From Methanothrix sp. (GTDB lineage Archaea > Halobacteriota > Methanosarcinia > Methanotrichales > Methanotrichaceae), in NCBI GenBank assembly GCA_963682135.1, contig OY821645.1:960001-1024000 (forward strand): a stretch of 64,000 nt of DNA, given 5' to 3'. Below are positions 20,039-29,553 of this stretch, in pieces. A program made the translations under genes and the position numbers. The notes beneath the pieces were generated by a model. That model ran no database searches. It was not told the DNA's origin and saw only the letters and a program-made list of their open reading frames with translations. Position 1 is the stretch's first letter. The number at the start of each line of letters is the position of its first letter.

Positions 20039-20066
20039 AATGATTGTTAAAAAATTGGCTCAAAGG

Positions 20067-20084
20067 TAGGGGCCCGGGCCCCTA
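20067..20084. terminator. 18-bp perfect palindrome between convergent HIT and fdhC genes
   Basis: TAGGGGCCCGGGCCCCTA is its own reverse complement. Confidence 0.5.
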
Positions 20085-20107
20085 ACGTGCAATTAAGGAG
20101 AACAATT

Positions 20108-21022
20108 CTATTTCTTCGAGGTATTCCCGGATTTTAGCACGCACAGTGGTCCTCTGAGGTAGACATACCAGTAGAGTGTCGCCACGAAGAGCGCCGCTCC
20201 TACGATGTTGCCGAGGGTGACGGGTATGAGGTTGGTAATGAAGAAGTTGTGCCACCCATTGCTGCCGACCAGGTTTGCCGTGGCCACATTGGCCGTGGCC
20301 AGCTTTGCGGCTATCGCCGGATTGTTGGCGGCAAAGATGCCCAAGGGAATAAAGAACATATTGGCCACACTGTGCTCAAAGCCGATGGCGACGAATGCCA
20401 TGATGGGGAACCAGCAGGCAAAGATCTTGCCGACCACATCTTCAGCACCTATAGCCAGCCAGACGGCCAGGCAGACCAGCCAGTTGCAGCCTATGCCGCG
20501 CAGGAATGCTGTGGAAAAGTCCAGACCGCATTTGCCGTTGGCCACGGTTGCCGCCCAACCCGCCCAGGGCATGTTATCGAAAAATCCGCATAAGTAAGCC
20601 AGGAAAAAGGCGACGAATATCGATCCCAGAAAATTGCCGACATAAACCAGGGACCAATTCTTCACCAGGCCCTTGACGGTGGCCTCACCGTTAAGAATAC
20701 TGATGGGCGCGAACATGCAGTTTCCTGTGAAAAGCTCCGAGCCTGCGATTACGACCAACATCAGGCCAACGGGAAATACTGCCCCGGCAGCGAACTTGAC
20801 AATCCCCCCAGGCAGAGCGATCTTCCAGATGCCTCCGTCCGGATCAGTGATGGTCCCATTGGAGAGGCCCCCGGCCACAATCTCGCTCAACAGGGCTCCA
20901 AAGGCGATGTAGGCTCCGGCTAAAAAGCCCAGCACCAGTAGCTTTTGCCAGGTTATGTTGCATTTTGTGCATCCGGCAGCAATGGCTGCCTTGGCGATAT
21001 CAGCGGGGACTTTGAATGCCAT
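20108..21022 (-). CDS. fdhC: Formate/nitrite transporter (FNT)
   Basis: LAGAYIAFG, GSELFTGN, GIGCNWLVCLA, GFEHSVANMF, NLIPVTLGNIVG; adjacent to fdh genes. Confidence 0.93.
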   Translation of the reverse strand: MAFKVPADIAKAAIAAGCTKCNITWQKLLVLGFLAGAYIAFGALLSEIVAGGLSNGTITDPDGGIWKIALPGGIVKFAAGAVFPVGLMLVVIAGSELFTGNCMFAPISILNGEATVKGLVKNWSLVYVGNFLGSIFVAFFLAYLCGFFDNMPWAGWAATVANGKCGLDFSTAFLRGIGCNWLVCLAVWLAIGAEDVVGKIFACWFPIMAFVAIGFEHSVANMFFIPLGIFAANNPAIAAKLATANVATANLVGSNGWHNFFITNLIPVTLGNIVGAALFVATLYWYVYLRGPLCVLKSGNTSKK

Positions 21023-21199
21023 ATTCTCCCTCGTAGGATGGCCACTGCTTGCCTACATATCGTGTAAAAAGCTTGCGGTTGCAATTGGCGATTTATGAAT
21101 AGATCAATCCTATAGAAGTCAGAAAAGTTAAAACATTCATTAAAAATAATGATGATTGTGGAGGGGTGGAAAAATCAGAAAATATTGTCCCGAAATGAA

Positions 21200-22132
21200 T
21201 CAGTCTTCCCCCAAACCGCACACCGCATGGCCTTTGTGGCCCTCATGCTGAGCGGCAAGATTCCTCTTTGCCGGATTGAAGCTCTTCTTGGGCTTACTGT
21301 CCATCAATTTGTGCCAGTTATCTCTCTCCCATATGTTGAATGATCTATCTTCTTCCGGGATTAACTGGCGCAGACGCAGGACCAGTCCGTCCCAGTTGAC
21401 GTCGTGGCCTGCAAAATCCGGGCCTTCCACGCAGGCGAATTTGGTCTTTCCGTCCACCTCCACCCGGCAAGCCCCGCACATACCTGTGCCGTCCACCATG
21501 AGTGGTGTGAGGCTGACCATGGTCTCCACTCCCGCCGCTCGTGAGGCATCCGAAGAAACCTTCATCATGAAAGGACAGCCGTGCGCAAATATCCTGTCTA
21601 TTTTATTTCCCGACGCCAGCTCCTGCTCGATGAAGTCATTGGCCCAGGCAGTCTTGCCGCAACCCGTAACGACATGAACCTCGTCGCTGTGCTCCTTGAG
21701 CCGATCCACCCAAAAGATAAAGTCCGGACCGCGGCCTTCCACTACGGTTATCACATAGTTGCCTTTCTCCTTGAGAGCCTTTATGAGGGGCAGAGTAGGG
21801 CCAGCACCAAAGCAACCACACGCGCAGATGACTCTCCCGAAATTCTCGATCTCCGTGGGCGCGCCCAGGGGGCCGGCAATGTTGGATACGCATTCGCCTT
21901 CACTCATAGTAGAGAGCTTGGCGGTGCTGGTCCCCAGAACATAGAAGACAATATCAATAGTGCCCTCTTTTTCGTCCCAGCCGGCCAGGCCCATGGGTAT
22001 TCTCTCTCCTTTCTCGTCTACCCTAATGATAGCAAACTGACCCGGCTTCGCCGTGAGGGCAATCTTGGGAGCTTTGAATTTCATATAAATGATATTGGGA
22101 GCTACGGTCTCCTTGGTTACTATCTCGTACAT
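21200..22132 (-). CDS. NfnA/SudB-like FAD/[2Fe-2S] subunit
   Basis: KPGQFAIIR...GERIP, GPLG, MVDGTGMCGACRV...KFACVEGPDF. Confidence 0.88.
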   Translation of the reverse strand: MYEIVTKETVAPNIIYMKFKAPKIALTAKPGQFAIIRVDEKGERIPMGLAGWDEKEGTIDIVFYVLGTSTAKLSTMSEGECVSNIAGPLGAPTEIENFGRVICACGCFGAGPTLPLIKALKEKGNYVITVVEGRGPDFIFWVDRLKEHSDEVHVVTGCGKTAWANDFIEQELASGNKIDRIFAHGCPFMMKVSSDASRAAGVETMVSLTPLMVDGTGMCGACRVEVDGKTKFACVEGPDFAGHDVNWDGLVLRLRQLIPEEDRSFNIWERDNWHKLMDSKPKKSFNPAKRNLAAQHEGHKGHAVCGLGED

Positions 22133-22134
22133 CT

Positions 22135-24885
22135 CTAGCCTCCTCTAATCTTATTGAGCTTCACAGCACAGACCTTGAATTCCGGTATCTTGGCCACAGG
22201 GTCCAGGGCCGGATTGGTAAGGACGTTGGTGGGTGTCTCGGAGAAATGGAATGTCATGAAGACCACGCCAGATGGCGACTTTTCCGTGGTTTTGGTCTTG
22301 GCTCGAACTTTTCCCCGGCGAGAGGATACCTCAATCAGTTCGCCGTCTTCTATCCCGAGAGTGAGGGCGTCCTCTGGATTCATCTCCACCAGCTCCTCAC
22401 CCCGAAGAAGGTTGAGATCTCTCACTTTCCTCGTCATGGTTCCAGTGTGATACTGGCAGAGAACTCTGCCTGTGGTGAGGATAAACGGATAATCCTCATT
22501 GGGCAGCTCCATGGAAGGCCGGTATTCGACCACATTGAATTTGCCAAGGCCTCTGGTGAACTGACCTTTATGCAGGTAGCCGGTTCCCGGATGATCCAGG
22601 TTGGGGCAGGGCCACTGCAGCCCATCACCCTCCAGCCGCTCATAGTTTATGCCCCCGTAACTGGGAGCAAGCTTTGCCGCCTCGGACATGATCTCGGATG
22701 GATGGCTATAGCAAAACTGGTCTTTCCAGCCCATGCGGGCCGCCAGAGCGTCCAGGATCATCCAGTCGGGCATGGACTCACCCGCGCTCTGAAGCGCCTT
22801 CCTGATCCTCTGCACCCGGCGCTCCGTATTGGTGAAGGTCCCATCCTTTTCCAGGCTGGTGGTTGCCGGCAGGACCACATCTGCCAATGCCGCCGTTTCC
22901 GACAAGAAGATGTCCTGCACCACCAGAAACTCCAGGGCGTTCAAGGCTTCCACCACATGGCTGCAATCCGGATCGCTCACAACCGGATTTTCTCCCATGA
23001 TGTACATGGCCCGAATATTGCCCACCAGGGCGGCATTCATCAACTCGACGACCGTGAGTCCGGGCTTATCCGGCAGTGCTCTCCCCCAGGCCAGCTCGAA
23101 CTTCTTGCGAAGATCAGGATTGATAACCGCTTGATATCCCGGCAGGAGATTGGGCAGCGCCCCCATGTCGCAGGAGCCTTGCACATTGTTCTGACCGCGC
23201 AGGGGATTGATGCCGGAGGATGGTCGGCCAACGTTGCCCGTCATCATAGCCAGATTGGCCAGAGCAAAGATGTTGTCCACACCATGAGAGTGCTGGGTGA
23301 TGCCCATGGAATAGATTATGGAGGAAGGATTTCCGCTGGCATAAAGCCGGGCCGCATCCCTGATCAGCTCGGACTTGACGCCTGTAATGCGCGCGGCGTC
23401 CGGTCCGGACAGTTTCGAGAGAGAAGCCTGAAAATCTGGGAAGCCCTCCGTTCTCTGGGATATGAAATCCTCATCCATCAGCTTCTCTTGCAGAATTATG
23501 CGGCACATTTCCAGGACGAGCGGCACATCCGTTCCCGGAGTCTGGCGCAGCCAGATATCGGCGATCTTGCATAAATCAATCCAGCGAGGATTGGCCACAA
23601 TGATCTTCGCTCCCTTCCTCTTCGCCTCTTTGATCTTGAGGGCGATGACGGGATGCTGCTCACTGGTGTTCGAGCCGATGATGAAGATGCACCCGGCATC
23701 CGGAAGCTCGGAAATGGAGTTGGTCATGGCCCCGCTGCCGAAAGCCAGGGCCAGGGCGGAGACGGTGGACGCATGACAGAGACGGGCACAGTGATCCACG
23801 TTGTTGGTCTGCATAACCAGCCGAGCGAACTTCTGGGCCAGATAGTTCTCCTCATTGCTGCACTTGGCCGATGATAGGAAAGCAAAGCCGTCGCCCTTAT
23901 ATCCATTCAATTTCCCGGCCACCAGGTCCAGGGCCTCATCCCAGGTTGCCGGCTCCAGTTTGCCGTTCTTCCTGATGAGTGGGACAGTGAGCCGCTCCGG
24001 GCTCTCTACATAGCCCAGGCCAAAGCGGCCCTTGACGCAGAGCTGGCCGTTGTTGGGCAGACAGTCACGTTTGCCTCTCACTCTCACTATGCGTCCGTCC
24101 AGGACGCCTACCTCTATCCGACAGCCCACACCGCAGTAGGGGCAGACGGTTTCAGTGGTCTTCTCCGGCCTCTGCCATTTCTCAAAGCGGGCATAGAGGG
24201 CCCCGGTGGGACAGATATCGACACATGTGCCGCAAAACTTGCAGTCCGAATCCTGCAATGATTCGGGGCCGATCCAGTGCATGCGGTGAAAATCAGGATT
24301 GTTTTCCAGCACGCCCTCGCCGCGCACCTCCTGACAGGCGCGCACGCAGCGGCCGCACAGGATGCAGAGACTGTAATTGCGGTCAAAGAAGGGTTCTCTC
24401 AATACGGGCATATCCTTAAAAGAGGTTTGATATCTTATGTTTTCCAGTCCCACGAACTGCACGGCCCGTTGCAACTCACACTCCTCGTTCTTGAGGCAGT
24501 ACTTGCAGCCCACAGTGACCGGAAATTTGCGCAGGCACTCGCGCAGGTCGCCGCATTCATTCTTCCTATCGCAAAACAGGCAACTGGTAGGATGATTGGT
24601 AAGAGCCAGGAGCATCTCCAGGGTACTTCGTCTCATCTCCTGAAGCTCCTCTGTTTGGGTCTTTACTACCATTCCCTCTTCCGCCAGAGTGTTACAGGCT
24701 GTAGGATAGTAATCCAGGCCTTTTACGGAAACAATGCAAAGCTTGCAAGAGCCGATGGGCTTGAGGTCCGGGTGGTCGCAAAGAGCTGGTACATAAGATC
24801 CCGCTTTTCGGGCAGCTTCGAGAATAGTGGCTCCCTCAAGGACAACTACCTCTCGATCATCAATGATCAGTCTAATTTCCAACAT
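22135..24885 (-). CDS. fdhF: Formate dehydrogenase alpha subunit (Mo/W-bisPGD, Cys ligand) with NuoG-like FeS N-terminus, copy 1
   Basis: [2Fe-2S] and 2x[4Fe-4S] motifs, CPYCGVGC...LCVKGRFG, CARLCHAST, LRGQNNVQG, KIPEFKVCAV. Confidence 0.92.
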   Translation of the reverse strand: MLEIRLIIDDREVVVLEGATILEAARKAGSYVPALCDHPDLKPIGSCKLCIVSVKGLDYYPTACNTLAEEGMVVKTQTEELQEMRRSTLEMLLALTNHPTSCLFCDRKNECGDLRECLRKFPVTVGCKYCLKNEECELQRAVQFVGLENIRYQTSFKDMPVLREPFFDRNYSLCILCGRCVRACQEVRGEGVLENNPDFHRMHWIGPESLQDSDCKFCGTCVDICPTGALYARFEKWQRPEKTTETVCPYCGVGCRIEVGVLDGRIVRVRGKRDCLPNNGQLCVKGRFGLGYVESPERLTVPLIRKNGKLEPATWDEALDLVAGKLNGYKGDGFAFLSSAKCSNEENYLAQKFARLVMQTNNVDHCARLCHASTVSALALAFGSGAMTNSISELPDAGCIFIIGSNTSEQHPVIALKIKEAKRKGAKIIVANPRWIDLCKIADIWLRQTPGTDVPLVLEMCRIILQEKLMDEDFISQRTEGFPDFQASLSKLSGPDAARITGVKSELIRDAARLYASGNPSSIIYSMGITQHSHGVDNIFALANLAMMTGNVGRPSSGINPLRGQNNVQGSCDMGALPNLLPGYQAVINPDLRKKFELAWGRALPDKPGLTVVELMNAALVGNIRAMYIMGENPVVSDPDCSHVVEALNALEFLVVQDIFLSETAALADVVLPATTSLEKDGTFTNTERRVQRIRKALQSAGESMPDWMILDALAARMGWKDQFCYSHPSEIMSEAAKLAPSYGGINYERLEGDGLQWPCPNLDHPGTGYLHKGQFTRGLGKFNVVEYRPSMELPNEDYPFILTTGRVLCQYHTGTMTRKVRDLNLLRGEELVEMNPEDALTLGIEDGELIEVSSRRGKVRAKTKTTEKSPSGVVFMTFHFSETPTNVLTNPALDPVAKIPEFKVCAVKLNKIRGG

Positions 24886-24930
24886 GTTCCCAACCGCGCC
24901 GGGAATTGTAGAGGATTAATTGTATTAGAA
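24170..24930 (-). repeat. Duplicated fdh 5' module (upstream region plus FeS domain), copy A
   Basis: Highly similar to 27190-27948, including upstream blocks CCAACCGCGCCGG and GATTAATTGTATTAGAA. Confidence 0.85.
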
Positions 24931-25150
24931 CATTACTCTGAAATGAGAATCTTGAAATTATCTGATATTTATCCCAAAAATTCTATAAGCAATATTCTAT
25001 GCACTCAAGAACATTGCTTACCTAAGTTTTTTTTGCTTAAGTTTTTTATGGTTGCGAATCAACCCCTGCGATTCGGCTCGCTGCAGCACTAATCTGAATT
25101 GCGCATTGTCAGAAAAAGTTGAGATCTGTCAGACCAATCACGCGGATCTC

Positions 25151-27904
25151 TCAGCAAACGATCTTCTCTATCCTTATGGCGCATGCCTTATACTCCGGCG
25201 TCTTGGCCTGAGGGTCCAGGCTGGCATTGGTAAGAAGGTTAGTAAGGACATCCTGGTAGTGGAAGGACATAAAGGCAACACCACGCGATGACTTATCGGT
25301 GACTCTTGCTTTTGTCCGGATAACACCGCGCTTTGACCTGACCACAACTTCCTCTCCGTCTCCTACCCCAAGCTCTCTTGCATCCACAGGGCTTATCTCT
25401 ATTGCTTCCTCCGGCCATACCCACATGATTCCTTTGGAGCGCCGGGTCATGGAGCCGCAGTTATAATGCTCTCTTCTCCTGCCGGTTGTAAGAATCAGAG
25501 GATAGTCAGAATCAGGCTGCTCCGCCGGGTATTTATGTTCCACAGCGTTAAATTTCCCGAGGCCCCGGCTGAATTTCTCCATATGCAGCGTCTGTGTGCC
25601 CGGATGATCAATCGACGGACAGGGCCACTGCACCCCTCCGCTACCCAGTCGCGCAAAATTTACTCCGGCAAACATCGGTGCAAGAGATGCAATTTCATCC
25701 ATTACTTCCGTTGGGTGATTGTATTTCATGGGATAGCCCATCTTCTGAGCAATAAGACAGATTGTCTGCCAGTTCTCCTGGCCACAAATTGGATCAATGG
25801 CTTTATTCACCCGTTGAATGCGCCGCTCACCATTTGTGAAGGTTCCGTCGCACTCTGCAAAGCTGGCTGCCGGCAGGATAACGTCCGCATATTTGGTGGT
25901 CTCAGTAGGGAATATCTCCTGGACTACAAGGAAATCCAGAGCTTCTAGCGAAGCACGAACTTTGTTGGTGTCGGGATCTGTCTGGGCAGGATCTTCCCCC
26001 AAAATATAGAGCCCCTTGATTTTGCCTTCCTGAGAAAAATCTAACATTTGCGTGGATGTCTGGCCGGGAGTTGCCGGCAATTTGACCTTCCAGGCTTGTT
26101 CGAATTTGGACTGGATATTACCGTCTGCCACCGGCTGATAGCCAACATGAACATTGGGAAGAGCCCCCATATCACAGGCCCCCTGCACGTTATTTTGCCC
26201 ACGCAGCGGCATTACTCCGGTCGACTCGCGCCCCACATTGCCCGTGAGCATTGCCAGGTTGCCCAGGGACATGACATTAGCGGTTCCTGTAATGTGCTCG
26301 GTTATTCCCAGGCTGTAGACAATCATTGCCTTTTTCGCCCCGGCATAAAGGCGGGCGGCTTTTATTATATCTTCCTCACAGACCCCGGTTATCTGAGCAG
26401 AGCGCTGTGGCGGATAATCCATAACCACCTTACGAAATTCCTCGAAGCCCTCCGTTCGCCCGGCGATAAAGTCACGATCTTCCAACCCCTCACTCAAAAT
26501 GACATTCATCATTGCATTCAGCAGGGCGATATTAGTTCCCGGCTTCAGGTTAAGCCAGATGGAGGCTAGGTCGACCAGCTCGATCTTACGGGGGTCAGCC
26601 ACGATGATCTTTGCGCCCTTGGAGACGGCCTTGATCATCTTCAGACTGACGATGGGATGAGCCTCAGTGGTATTGGAACCGATAATGAAAATGACATCGG
26701 CGTCTTCGATCTGGTCAAAGGAATTGGTGGCAGCTCCACTGCCAAAGCAGGCAGCAAGCCCGGTGACCGATGGGGCATGACAGACTCGCGCGCAGTTGTC
26801 CACATTGTTGGTGCCGAAGGCGGCCCTTGCAAGTTTCGCCACCAGGTAGTTCTCCTCATTGGTGCACCGGGAAGAGGAGAGTGCTCCCAGCGAATCCGGA
26901 CCATATTTATTCTTGATCTCCGAAAACCTCTCGGCGACCAGATTGAGCGCTTCTTCCCAACCGGCCTCCTCAAGTCTGCCGTTACGTCTTATCAGTGGAG
27001 TAGTCAAACGGTCGGCATGATGGATAATCTCGTCCAGGCCAAAACGGCCTTTAACGCAGGCATGACCTCGATTTACCGGACTATCTCTGTCCGGATGGAT
27101 GGAGACGACCCGGCCTTCTTTAACGCCTAACTTTAGTCGACAGCCTACGCCACAGTAGGGACAGATTGTGGAGACCGTGTTATCCGGTTTTATCCACTTC
27201 TCGGAGCGGGCATAGAGGGCGCCGGTGGGGCAGGCATCCACACATGCGCCGCAGAACTTGCAGTTTGCATCCTGCAATGACTGCGGCCCTATCCAGTGCA
27301 TGCGATGAAAATCGGGATTGCTGGACAGCACACCCACGCCTCGCACCTCCTGACAGGTTCGCACGCAGCGGCTGCACATGATGCAGAGGCTGTAATTGCG
27401 ATCGAAGAAGGGCTCTCTTAGAACCGGCAGATTCTTAAAAGAGATATTGTATCTGATTTTTTCCAGTCCCACGAACCGCACCGCCTCCTGCAGTTCACAT
27501 TCTTCATTCTTGGGGCAGTACTTGCAGCCCACGGTCACCGGGAATTTGCGCAGGCATTCGCGCAGATCGCTGCATTCATTCTTCCTATCGCAAAAGAGGC
27601 AGCTGGTAGGATGATTGGTGAGGGCCAGGAGCATCTCCAGGGTATTTCGTCTCATCTCTTGCAGCTCATCGGTCCTGGTCTGAACCACCATTCCCTCTTC
27701 CGCCGGAGTATTACAGGCTGTAGGATAGCGGTCCAGGCCTTTTACCGAGACAATGCACAGCTTGCAAGAGCCGATGGGCTTCAGGTCCGGGTGATCGCAA
27801 AGTGCTGGTACATAAGATCCCGCTTTGCGGGCAGCATCAAGAATGGTAGATCCCTCAGGAACTTCTACCATTTGATCATCTATTACGAGTTTTATTGCCG
27901 ACAT
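25151..27904 (-). CDS. fdhF: Formate dehydrogenase alpha subunit (Mo/W-bisPGD, Cys ligand) with NuoG-like FeS N-terminus, copy 2
   Basis: Same architecture; CARVCHAPS, LRGQNNVQG, KTPEYKACA. Confidence 0.92.
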   Translation of the reverse strand: MSAIKLVIDDQMVEVPEGSTILDAARKAGSYVPALCDHPDLKPIGSCKLCIVSVKGLDRYPTACNTPAEEGMVVQTRTDELQEMRRNTLEMLLALTNHPTSCLFCDRKNECSDLRECLRKFPVTVGCKYCPKNEECELQEAVRFVGLEKIRYNISFKNLPVLREPFFDRNYSLCIMCSRCVRTCQEVRGVGVLSSNPDFHRMHWIGPQSLQDANCKFCGACVDACPTGALYARSEKWIKPDNTVSTICPYCGVGCRLKLGVKEGRVVSIHPDRDSPVNRGHACVKGRFGLDEIIHHADRLTTPLIRRNGRLEEAGWEEALNLVAERFSEIKNKYGPDSLGALSSSRCTNEENYLVAKLARAAFGTNNVDNCARVCHAPSVTGLAACFGSGAATNSFDQIEDADVIFIIGSNTTEAHPIVSLKMIKAVSKGAKIIVADPRKIELVDLASIWLNLKPGTNIALLNAMMNVILSEGLEDRDFIAGRTEGFEEFRKVVMDYPPQRSAQITGVCEEDIIKAARLYAGAKKAMIVYSLGITEHITGTANVMSLGNLAMLTGNVGRESTGVMPLRGQNNVQGACDMGALPNVHVGYQPVADGNIQSKFEQAWKVKLPATPGQTSTQMLDFSQEGKIKGLYILGEDPAQTDPDTNKVRASLEALDFLVVQEIFPTETTKYADVILPAASFAECDGTFTNGERRIQRVNKAIDPICGQENWQTICLIAQKMGYPMKYNHPTEVMDEIASLAPMFAGVNFARLGSGGVQWPCPSIDHPGTQTLHMEKFSRGLGKFNAVEHKYPAEQPDSDYPLILTTGRRREHYNCGSMTRRSKGIMWVWPEEAIEISPVDARELGVGDGEEVVVRSKRGVIRTKARVTDKSSRGVAFMSFHYQDVLTNLLTNASLDPQAKTPEYKACAIRIEKIVC

Positions 27905-27948
27905 GTTCCAACCGCGCCGGCCAATGGTGGTGATTAATTGTATTAGAA
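27190..27948 (-). repeat. Duplicated fdh 5' module, copy B
   Basis: Highly similar to 24170-24930. Confidence 0.85.
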
Positions 27949-28140
27949 GGTTGCTCCAAAAGGAAAATCTTATTAATATTTAGAGGCGGAGTGGCTAACC
28001 AGAATCTGCTAAGTTAAATGTGAAGATGGATGCGAAAAAAGTCCCGGGTCCTCCACCAGGCAATAAGAGGGTCCGTATCCATAAGCATAAGGATGATCAG
28101 CCAGAAGAGATCAAGCCTTCAGAGGCGCGGTGTAGAAAAG

Positions 28141-29553
28141 ATGTCCAGCAAAATTAATTTAAACCGGGTGGAGATGCCCAAACAATCTCCCGAAAAGAGG
28201 AAGAGCAACTTTCAGGAGGTTGCCCTGGGCTACAGTCCTGAGCAGGCAGCAGAAGAGGCCGGCAGATGTCTTCAATGCAAGAAGCCCAAGTGCATGGAAG
28301 GCTGTCCGGTGGGTGTGTTGATACCCAGCTTCATTTGCGCCCTGCGTGAAGGGGACATGCCGGAGGCAGTTGTAGCCCTCAAGAGAAAGAACAGCCTGCC
28401 CGGAATATGCGGCCGGGTCTGTCCTCAGGAGGTGCAGTGCGAGTGCAAATGCATCCTGGCCAAGAAGGGAGCGCCCATCGCCATTGGCCGGCTGGAGCGC
28501 TATGTGGCCGATTGGGAGCTATGCCAATCGCAAAGGCCCAAGTGCGAGATCGCGCAGGCCACGGGAAAGCAAGTCGCAGTGGTGGGATGCGGCCCAGCTG
28601 GGCTGACAGTGGCCGCAGATATGGCCAAGTTCGGCCATAAAGTCACCATCTTCGAAGCGCTGCATGACGGCGGCGGCGTTCTGGTTTACGGTATTCCCGA
28701 GTTTCGTCTGCCCAAGGAAATAGTGAGGGCAGAGATCGAGTACGTGAAATCATTGGGAGTCGCTTTGGAGCTGGACTGTGTAGTAGGCAGACAGGTGCAG
28801 GTCGAAGGTCTGCTCAAAGGAGACTATGACGGCGTATTCCTAGGGATTGGTGCAGGCGCGCCGCGCTTTCTCAATGTTCCCGGAGAGAACCTGAGCGGCG
28901 TCTACTCTGCCAACGAATATCTCACAAGGGTCAACCTGATGAAGGCTTACAAGTTCCCGGAGTACGATACTCCCATTAAAAAGGGCAAGAAAGTAGCAGT
29001 GGTGGGCGGCGGAAACGTGGCTATGGATGCAGCCCGCTCTGCCAAGCGCCTGGGCGCGGATGAGGTGCATGTCATCTACCGCCGCTCTCGCGAGGAGATG
29101 CCCGCCCGTCTGGAAGAGGTGGAGAACGCCATGGAGGAGGATGTGATCTTTGACTTCCTCACCAATCCCACTCGCTTTTTAGGCGATGAAAGGGGCATGG
29201 TCAGGGCCATGGAGGTAGTGCAGATGGAGCTGGGCGAGCCTGATGCCTCCGGCCGTCGCAGCCCGCGGGTGAAGAAGGGCTCGGAGCACATCGTCGATGT
29301 GGATACGGTGGTCATCGCCGTAGGCACAGTGCCCAATCCCCTCATCGCCTCCAGCACGCCAGAGCTTAAGACCACCAAATGGGGCACGCTCGTGGTGGAT
29401 GAGCGGGGCCGCACGACAATGGTTGGGGTCTGGGCCGGAGGAGACATCACCAGCGGCGGAGCCACGGTGATCAGCGCCATGGGCGAGGGCAAGACTGCGG
29501 CTGCGGATATGAACGAGTGGCTGATGAAGGACGGGAAGTGGAGCGAGAAATAA
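28141..29553 (+). CDS. NfnB/SudA-like flavoprotein (GltD/archaeal GltA family)
   Basis: RCLQCKKPKCMEGCPV, CGRVCPQEVQCECKC, GCGPAG, YGIPEFRLP, GGGNVAMDAAR, YRRS; start at ATG 28141. Confidence 0.9.
   Translation: MSSKINLNRVEMPKQSPEKRKSNFQEVALGYSPEQAAEEAGRCLQCKKPKCMEGCPVGVLIPSFICALREGDMPEAVVALKRKNSLPGICGRVCPQEVQCECKCILAKKGAPIAIGRLERYVADWELCQSQRPKCEIAQATGKQVAVVGCGPAGLTVAADMAKFGHKVTIFEALHDGGGVLVYGIPEFRLPKEIVRAEIEYVKSLGVALELDCVVGRQVQVEGLLKGDYDGVFLGIGAGAPRFLNVPGENLSGVYSANEYLTRVNLMKAYKFPEYDTPIKKGKKVAVVGGGNVAMDAARSAKRLGADEVHVIYRRSREEMPARLEEVENAMEEDVIFDFLTNPTRFLGDERGMVRAMEVVQMELGEPDASGRRSPRVKKGSEHIVDVDTVVIAVGTVPNPLIASSTPELKTTKWGTLVVDERGRTTMVGVWAGGDITSGGATVISAMGEGKTAAADMNEWLMKDGKWSEK

Noticed and set aside
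22246-23574. 442-aa ORF antisense to fdhF (and similar long antisense ORFs over cdc48, RNB and rnj)
   Set aside because: Typical codon-bias shadows of GC-rich genes.
22135-27904. Possible selenocysteine or pyrrolysine recoding in the Fdh genes
   Set aside because: Both ORFs are uninterrupted with Cys at the metal-ligand position; the only internal stop noticed in the window is a TAA, which is not recoded.
28141-29553. Annotation as a true glutamate synthase
   Set aside because: No gltB large-subunit gene nearby, whereas an NfnA/SudB partner is; NfnB-like is the better call.
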